From Scenedesmus sp. PABB004 (taxonomy: Eukaryota), in NCBI GenBank assembly GCA_014905635.1, contig JABVCE010000017.1, positions 682,001 through 746,000 of the forward strand: DNA of 64,000 nt, read 5' to 3'. Both the position numbers and the translations under genes were made by a program. This document shows, in pieces, positions 56,431 through 64,000 of this stretch. The stretch's first letter is position 1; each line of letters opens with the position of its first letter. The notes under the pieces are model-generated. The model saw nothing but the letters and a program-made list of their open reading frames with translations. It did no database searches and was not told where the DNA came from.

Positions 56431-58356
56431 CGCCTGGGCGGAGCTCCAGGCCAAACCGCCGGTGATGGGCGGCCCCGCCTTCTCGCGGAGCGCCTCCATG
56501 TGCAGCAGCCAGGTGCGCTTGGCGTGCGGGACGCCCTCAGCCACCCCTGGGGGCGGCGGCGGGCCGCGATCGCGCCGCGGCGCGACGATGCGCCCGCGTG
56601 AAATCTGGGGGCCCCTTAGGGCGCGCCCCTGCGCCGCGCGGCGCCGCGCCCGGGGGCGCGCCCGCTGGCGGGGGAGCGCCTGCGGTCGCCCACGCCGCCC
56701 CGCCGCCCGGCGCGGCGCCGTGGCGCCGCAGACGCTGGCGTCGCTCGAGAACACCTGCAGCGGGCTCTCCCAGCGCGCCGGCGGGCCTGATGGCGGCCAG
56801 GCCATGGCGGACGACGCCTTCTACGCGTCCCCCGCCGACTGCGCGCCGGGGCTGGCCCCGCGCGCCGCGCCCGGGGGGTGGTTGGAGCCGGCCGAGCAGG
56901 GCGGCCCGGCCTCTGCCACCTACGCGGCCTGCACCGAGATGATCAGGCGCGCCGCGCAGCGCCGGGGCGCCGGATCGCACGCTGACGCGCTGCGGGCGCC
57001 TGCCTGAGCGCGCGGGGCGAGCGGGCGCAGCGGCCGCGGCGGGACGGTCGGGACGGGTTCGCCGCCGCCGGGCGCGCGGCGCCCACGCCCACGCCCCCGC
57101 CGCCGCCGCCGCCGGCCGCGCAGGCAGCACAAGGCGGCCGAGGCGCCCGTCGCGGCGGAGCTGGCGAGCCTGGCGGGCAGCGGCCAGCTGGATGAGGGCA
57201 GCCGCCTGATCGTGGTCAGCTGGATGGTCGAGGTCGCGGAGGAGTTTGGGCTGCAGCAGGAGACGCTGCACGCCGCGGTCGCGCTGCTGGACCGCTTCCT
57301 CGCGACCTCCAACGTGAGCGCCGCGCGGCCTCAAGGGACAGGCCCGTGTTTGGGGGCGCAACCGGCGCGCGCCCAGCAGCCGGCCGGGCGCCACGGCGGC
57401 GCGCCCGCGGCGGCCGACCCGCCCCGGCGCGCCGCCGCGCGCAGGGCGTGCCGCGCTGCGTGCTGCAGCTGGTCGCCGTGGGCTGCATTTTTGTCGCCAG
57501 CAAGCAGCTCGAGGTGCGGCGGCGCGGCCGCCGCGCGGCCCGCGGCAGCGGCGCACGGCGGGGGCCCGCGCCCGGCGGCCCGCGCCCTCCGCGCCCGCGT
57601 CACGCCCGCCCCGCGCCCGCGCGCGCGCGCGCAGGTGGTGCACCCCAGCGTGGCGCAGATGGTCGCGGTCGCGGCGCACAGCTTCAGCGCGGGCGACCTG
57701 CTGCGCGTGGAGCGCATCCTGCTGGACGGCCTCGCCTTTGCCGTCACCACGCCCACGCCATACGCCTTCCTGCACCTGCTCACCCAGGTGAGCGGCACCC
57801 GCGCGGCGGCGCGCAGCGCACAGCGCACAGCGCAGCGCAGCGCAGCGCAGCGCAGCACGCACGAGGCAGCGCAGCGCAGCGGGCTCACGCGCGGCGCCCC
57901 CGCCCCCGCGCCGCGCCGCCGCGCGCGCAGGCGACGCTCGCGGCCAACGTCGCGTCGGGGGCCGGGGTCGGGCCGAGCACCGAGGCGGTGGTGAGCCTGG
58001 CGATGTACGTCACGGAGCTCGCCCTGCTCGACACGGCGGCGCTCACGCACCGCGGCAGCGAGCTCGCGACCGCGGCGCTGCTGCTCGCGCACGCGACGCT
58101 CTCGCGCACGTGCGACGCGTGGCCGGGCGTGCTGTGCGCGGCGGGGCTGACCGCCGAGGCGCTGTCGCCCGCGCTGGGCGCGCTGCAGCGCCTGCACGCC
58201 GCCGCCGCGGCGCCGGCGAGCGCGCAGCTCGCGGAGCTGCTGGCGCCGCTCAAGGCCAAGTTTGGCCAGGACTGCTGGTGCCGCGTGGCGAGCGAGGTCG
58301 TGCCGCTGGCCCTGCAGACGCAGGCCGGCGCCGGCCCGCAGCCGGCGCGCGCGTGA
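56384..58356 (+). CDS. Cyclin (A/B-related, divergent)
   Basis: Cyclin box SRLIVVSWMVEVAEEFGLQQETLHAAVALLDRFL, LQLVAVGCIFVASKQLE, LLRVERILLDGLAFAVTTPT; C-terminal fold LAMYVTELALLD...GSELATAAL. Start codon tentative. Confidence 0.88.
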
Positions 58357-60858
58357 GGCCGGTGCGCGTGTGTGGGTGTGGGTGCGCGTCGCGCGCCGTG
58401 GGTGGTTGGGTGTGTGCGCGCGCGCTCCGGGCAGCTGCCGGGCGGCGCGTGATGGTCGGCCGAGCGAGCACCGCATTGCGCTCTATTGTTTTCCAGCCGC
58501 GCAGTGCACATCACATTGCGTGCCATTGGTGCGGGCCCCGGATCGGCTCGGGGCAACCTGACGCCAGTGGCCAGGCGGGTGGGCGTCGGTCGGTCGGTCG
58601 GGGGGCAGGGGGGCACCTTGGACATTGCTGGCCCGGCTGCTGTGCTGTGCGTCGGCAGCCGGCCGTCGGCCGCTGCTGCCGTCGCGGCGTCAAGCGCGTG
58701 CGCCATGCGCAGGTGCGGTGAGCGGGGCGGCTTTTGCTTGTCGGACGGTGGGCTGCCTGGCCCCTGCTGCGGGGGCCGACCTGCTGCACCCGATTTCATG
58801 GCGGGCGCGTCGCGGCCCCGACGATCGGCGCGCGCGCCCGGGGCGGCGGCGGCGGACGCCGCCCGCTGGGGCCATGTTGAGCTGCGCCCACGCGCGGCCC
58901 CGTGCGGGCGCGGCACCCGACGTGTCGTGCGCGGTGCGGAGCCGGCCGCGCGCTGGCGCGCGCGCGCTCGGCGCTCGGCGCTTGTCGCGTGGCGCCGCCG
59001 TGCTGCCCGCACGCACAGGTTGGGTGTGTGTGAACGTGAGCGGGGGATCGCGGGCGTGCAGTCGCCGGGGCGCGCAGCCCGCGCGTGCGTGCGCACTGCG
59101 CGCGGCGCGCGCCCTGACGCACCGCGCCGCCGTGACACCGGGCACTGCCTGCATGTGTGTCACGTGCTGCTGCATGTGCCGGCCTGTCTGGCCTGTCTGA
59201 GGCGCGCCGGCATGGATCCGCACGCCGCGCTGACGTTGTGCCGCCCCGTCGTGAGCTGCCGGCCTGACGCGGCACGCCAGGTTGCTGTCTTGCGCGCCGC
59301 GCTGGCGCGTTTGGGTTTGAGGTTCTGCGGGCGGCCCGGCTCGCACCCCGCGGCCCTGCGGCGGACACGGCCAGGCGCTGCCGCTGCTGCTGCGCGCACG
59401 CGAGCGCTTTTTGTACTGTGGCGACACAAAAACTTGTGGGCGGCCTCCGTCCGCGAGTGGCGCGGGCCTCGCGCGCGCCGCGCGCAGGCGCTCCCCCCGC
59501 GCCAGAGCACTCCCTCGCACTCGCACCGCCTTGCATACGGACTTGGACTTGGACGCCGGCCGGCGGGCGCATCGGGCCCGGACCGTCCCCCGCCCGCCGC
59601 GGCCCCTCTCCTTCACTGCTTGGCGCCGCGCTGCGCGGCCGCCCTCCGCCACACGGCTCAGCAGCACGCGCTGCGCCGGGCTGCTGCCGACACAGCGGCC
59701 CGACGACCGGCGACGCCGACGCGCCCCCGCGCGGCGGCCACTGCATTGTGTGTCGTCGTTTCACATGGGGCCAGCGCAGAGCGCGGCGATTCTTTTTGGC
59801 GTTGTGTGTTGTGCTGCTGCTGCTGTCCGGCGACGACGTCTGTCGGCGTTTCACACAGGGTCCACAGGAGGCAGGGGAAGCCAGACGGGGGGAGCCAGCG
59901 AGCAGCCAGGCAGCGCAGGCCAGGCAGCGCAGGCCAGGGAGGGGGCGACAGCGAGCCAGCCAGCCAGTGGGGCAGCGACGGCGAGGCAGCCAGCAGCCAG
60001 CCAGGCAGGCAGCGACGGCCCGGCAGCGGCCGGCCGCGCGGGTGATTGACCATCGATCAGTTGGCCGCGCCCCAGGGGCGCACCGCGCTGCACAGCGCGC
60101 CGCCCGGGCGTGCGGCCGGGCACTGCGTTTGGGGCTGTGGGCGCGCGCGCGTCATGGCCTGGCGCGGCGGCGGCGCGTGGTCTCACGCGCATGGCGGGCG
60201 GCCGTCACGGCCGCCGCCCATCACTTGCAGCTGCTGCTGGCACGCGCTGCATGCACAGTCTGTTTGGGCGGAGGCCAAGAAGATGCACAATTTGCGACAA
60301 GCAAACAACACCGTTGTGTGGACGATGCCAAGCGGAAGACGCGCAACAACAGACGCACTTCGCCACAAAACAAAACAAAACAAAACCCGCGCGCACGTCG
60401 CGGTCGGTCGTTGCGTGCCGGGCGGGCGCTGCCCTGCCGCTCTGCCTCTGGCGCCGCCGGGCGACGGCGCCAGCGTGCGGGCGGCAGTGGCCGTGGGCGC
60501 GCGTGCGGCTGTCGGCGGCGCGCAACTGAACTGCCGCGCGCGTTGTCAGTGGGACTAGGCCAGGCGGGGTGGGGGCGGCGTTGATCAGGCTAGGCTTTCA
60601 TCATCATCACGACTGACTCAGGCACAACGCACGCAGCGGTGCGCCACAGGCGGCTGTCACAGGCCGGTCGGGGGCGGGCCGCGGTAAGCTCAGTTCTGAC
60701 ACCGGCCCGCGCGCGGTGCAGGTCGCTCGTGCTTACACCCCAGCCAGCCAGCGCCTCCCTGCGCGCCGCGCGCGCCCCCTCCGCCGCCCCGCGCGCGCGC
60801 CGCCGCGGCCTCTCGCCTCCCCCGCCCGGCCCGGGCCGCGGGCCGCCGCGCGCGCGGG

Positions 60859-62620
60859 TCACGCCAGGCTGACGCGGCCCTTTGCGGTGCCCGCGCCGCC
60901 GCGCGCGAGCGCGCCGCCGCCCGCGGCCGGCGGGTCGGGGTCGTCCCCCTCGCTGAGCGGCGGGCTGCCGCCGCCGCTGCCGCTGGGGCAGTCGCAGGCG
61001 AGGGCGTTGAGCTCGCTGTTGGGCGGCCGCGTGGGCAGGCCGCCGTCGCCGAGGACGACGCGCAGCGTGTAGAGCAGCGCCGACACGTCGGCATAGTCCT
61101 GCGGGGCCGCGGGGCGAGGGGCGGGCGTGTGGGCTGGCGTGTGGGCGGGCGTGTGGGCGGGCGTGTGGACGGGCGTGTGGGCGGGCGTGTGGGCGGGCGT
61201 GTGGACGGGCGTGGGGGGGGGGGGGAGGGCTTGGCAGCCGCGGCGCGCCTGCTGCCAGCGGCGGCAGCGACGGCGGCGCGGGCGCCCGATGCGCCGCGCG
61301 CCCCGGCGGCGCGCCGCGGGGCGGCGCGGGCGGCCCGGCCGCACCAGCTTGGCGCCGCTCTTGGCGGTCTTCACCCAGAACCGCATCACGCGGCTGCCCG
61401 CCGGCGGCGGCGGCGCGCCGCGCGCCGCGGGGAGGCCGTCGAGCAGCTCGGGCGGGATCGGGTCCTCGCTGCCCCCGCGCACCACGCCCTCGCACACCTG
61501 GGCGGGGCGGGGCGCGCACGGCGCGCGGGGCAGGGCGGGGCGCGCGCGCACGCGCCGGGGTGTGCGCGGGGGGCCGGCGGCTGCCCGCCCGGCCGCCGCC
61601 GCCGCGCCGGCAGGGGCTCCGCGTCCCTGGCGCCGTGCCCCCTGCCCCGTGCCTCCTGCTGCCCCGCGCACCACGAGGCCCTGGCCGTGGAAGATGCTGG
61701 CCATCTCAAACAGCAGCCCTGTGACGGGGGGGGGGGGGGGGGGAGCGGCGGCGGCGCAGGGTGAGCTTGGTTGCGTCGCCGCACCACGCAACCAGCTGCC
61801 GCCACGCCCAGGCGGCCCCCCGGCGCCAGCGGGGGGGCCCAAGCCCTGCGCGCTGCTCTAGAGCAGCGTGCGGCGGCGTGCAGTGGCGGCGGCGCGCCTG
61901 GGCTGAAGATGTTTGCGGTGACCGCGACCTCGGTCCAGCGCGGGTGGCTGGTGTTGTCTATGGCGATGTCGCCGCACGCGTACGACTGGGTGGTGAGGGT
62001 GAGGGGGGGGGGTCGAGGGGTGGGGTGCGAGGAGGGGTGTGAGAGGAGGAGGGGCGAGAGGAGGGGCGTGAGAGGAGGTGAGAGGGAGCGAGGGCAAAGG
62101 AGAGCAAAGGAGAGCAAAGGAGGGCGCGGCGCGCGGCCGGGGCAGCGGCGGGCGGCGCGCACCGTGAACTCGCCCTGCGCAGTCGGCGCACAGACGCTGA
62201 CAAACTCCTCCAGCCGGTCCGCCACGTCGGCCGCCGACGCGTCCGACAGCTTGCGCCCGCGCATGTCTGCGGGGGCGGCGGCGGCGGCGCCCGCGGCGGC
62301 GGCGGCGGGCATGGGTGGCGTGCGGCCCAGGGACCACCTAAACCCCCTCCCTGGGGGTCCCCCGAGCCCTGGGCCCTCCCCCGGGGGGGGGGGGGCGGGG
62401 GGCGCCGCGCCTGTAACCCAGAAGACGTCGCTCGCGCCGCCGTCGTCGCTCGTGGCGAGCACCGCGTTGTGCACGCGGCAGCCCAGGCCTGGAGGGGCGA
62501 CGCGCGGCGCGGCGGGGCGCGCGCGCGGGCGCGTGGGCGCCGGGGTTAGCACGCGGCGGGCGCGCCATGAGGCGCTGCGCCCTGGACCGCCGCCGCAAAA
62601 GCCCTGGTCCCCTGAACCCC

Positions 62621-62652
<32 letters not shown>

Positions 62653-63251
62653 CACCGTTCATGACCCACGTTATGACGCGCAGCAGCCCAGGGTAGTCAG
62701 CCACCTGCGGGGGAGGGGGGGGGGGTGGAGCGCGGCGTGCGCGGGTTGGGGCGCGCCGCGGCCGCGCCGCCGCCGTCCCCCGCGGCCGCCGGCGCCGGCG
62801 CCTCACGTCGATGGCAAACTTGGTGTAGTGCGCGTGGCCGGCATTGTCTGGCGGGGGCACGCGGCGGCACGCGGCGGCACGCGGCGCGGCGCGGGCGCGG
62901 CGGGGTGGGACTCGCCGCTGCGCGCGCCGTGGGCAGGAGAAGACGAGCGCGCGCCGGAGAGCCCGCCGCGCGCACCCGCCACGACAAAGGCCGGGTTGCA
63001 CGGCGCCATGTCGGCCCAGCCCTCCTCGCCCTCCTCGCCCGCCGGCGCCGGCGCGGGCGACGCCGCGGCGCGGGCGCGGCGGCGCGCGGGCGCGCGTCGC
63101 TGCTGCCGCCCGCCGCCGCCGCCACCGCGCCGCCGCCGACGCCGCGGCGGGGGCCGGCGACCGCACGCGCACGCGGCGCAGCGCAGGCTCGCGCGCTGCC
63201 GGCGGACGCCGCCAGGCGCGGCGGCGCGGGCGGCGGCGCCGGCAGCAGCAT
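60859..63251 (-). CDS. Two-ACT-domain protein (ACR11/12-like), probably plastid-targeted
   Basis: Ala/Arg-rich transit-like N-terminus; DNAGHAHYTKFAIDVADYPGLLRVITWVMNGLGCRVHNA...DVFWVTD..GRKL; second repeat IDNTSHPRWTEVAV...PGLLFEMASIFHGQGLVV. Confidence 0.78.
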
Positions 63252-64000
63252 CGAGTCTGGTGCGGCGCGTGCGCTGGTGGCGTGCGGCGTGCGTGCGTGC
63301 GGCTGCGCTGCTGGTGTCGTGGCGGAGGTATGCACGCGGGGGAGGCGATCTGGGGGGCTCTCCGCGGTCGTGGACGACCGTAGCTCGCGACCGAAGCGGC
63401 CGGTGCGCTCCCGGCAAGGGCCACCCGACGTTTCGTGCCCTGCCCGCGCGACAGCGCGTCCACCACCTCAAACGTCCACCTGCGTGCGCTGCGCCATCAT
63501 CAGCAACGCCGCGCAGCGAGCGGCAGCAGCCCGCAGCGTCCTCCCGCCGCCCTCGGGTGCGCGGCGACTGGCGTGGGCGGGCGCAACGCGCTGTCCGTCG
63601 CAACCTCTAGCTCTCGGCCGCCCGCGCCGGGCCGTGCGGGCCGCGCGCGCGCCGCGCGAGGCCATCGCCGGCCGTCGGCGCGGCCCCGCAGAGCCAGCGG
63701 CGCGCGGAGGGCGCGGGGCGGCTGACACGCAGCAATTGCACGCGCGGCCAGGCGGCCCGCCGCGCTGGCACGCCGCGCCGCGCCGCGCCGCACGCAGCCG
63801 CCGCTGCTGCCGCCGCCGCCGGCGCCGCTGCCGGCTGCGCGGCTGGCGGCGCCACCGGCCGCCTCACCCGGGCCCTCCCGCGACCCGGCCCGCCCGCAGG
63901 CGCGTGAGGCGCGCGCACCCGGCAGCCGCCCCGGCGCGCGGCGGCTGGCCGGCGCGCGGCCGGCAGCGGACGACGGCGGCGCAGCGCGTGGGGCGCTGCG

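Noticed and set aside
58486..60584. 519 aa and 388 aa ORFs between the cyclin and the ACT gene
   Set aside because: No codon bias, motif or splice pattern; more likely long convergent 3' UTR or intergenic DNA.

Overview
Very GC-rich, intron-dense eukaryotic DNA. GT/GC-AG introns, TGTAA poly(A) signals and TTTAGGG-type repeats suggest a chlorophyte green alga, possibly Selenastraceae (inference). Most long ORFs in the supplied track are GC-rich noise, so I rebuilt genes by hand from splice sites. The window holds about 15 genes: the 3' end of a receiver-domain (likely hybrid His-kinase) gene; three paralogous secreted ricin-B + 2xWSC genes, two carrying a papain-like C1A protease; ER HSP90 (GRP94, KDEL); a membrane-anchored Asp/Asn beta-hydroxylase-like protein; an AP2 transcription factor; a small secreted LysM-like protein; an RlmI-like methyltransferase; an unknown secreted protein; an AA15/AA10-like LPMO with hevein and ShKT-like modules; a SET-like gene with an in-frame TGA; BiP (HDEL); a cyclin; and an ACT-domain protein. 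Highlights: (1) a set of secreted glycan/chitin-targeting proteins with a modular protease and hypervariable lectin patches; (2) several inverted duplications built from gene 3' ends or promoters that bracket cargo genes; (3) telomere-like motifs polarised within introns, G-strand near donors and C-strand near acceptors; (4) two motifs shared by the BiP and GRP94 promoters. All domain calls are by eye; no database search was run.
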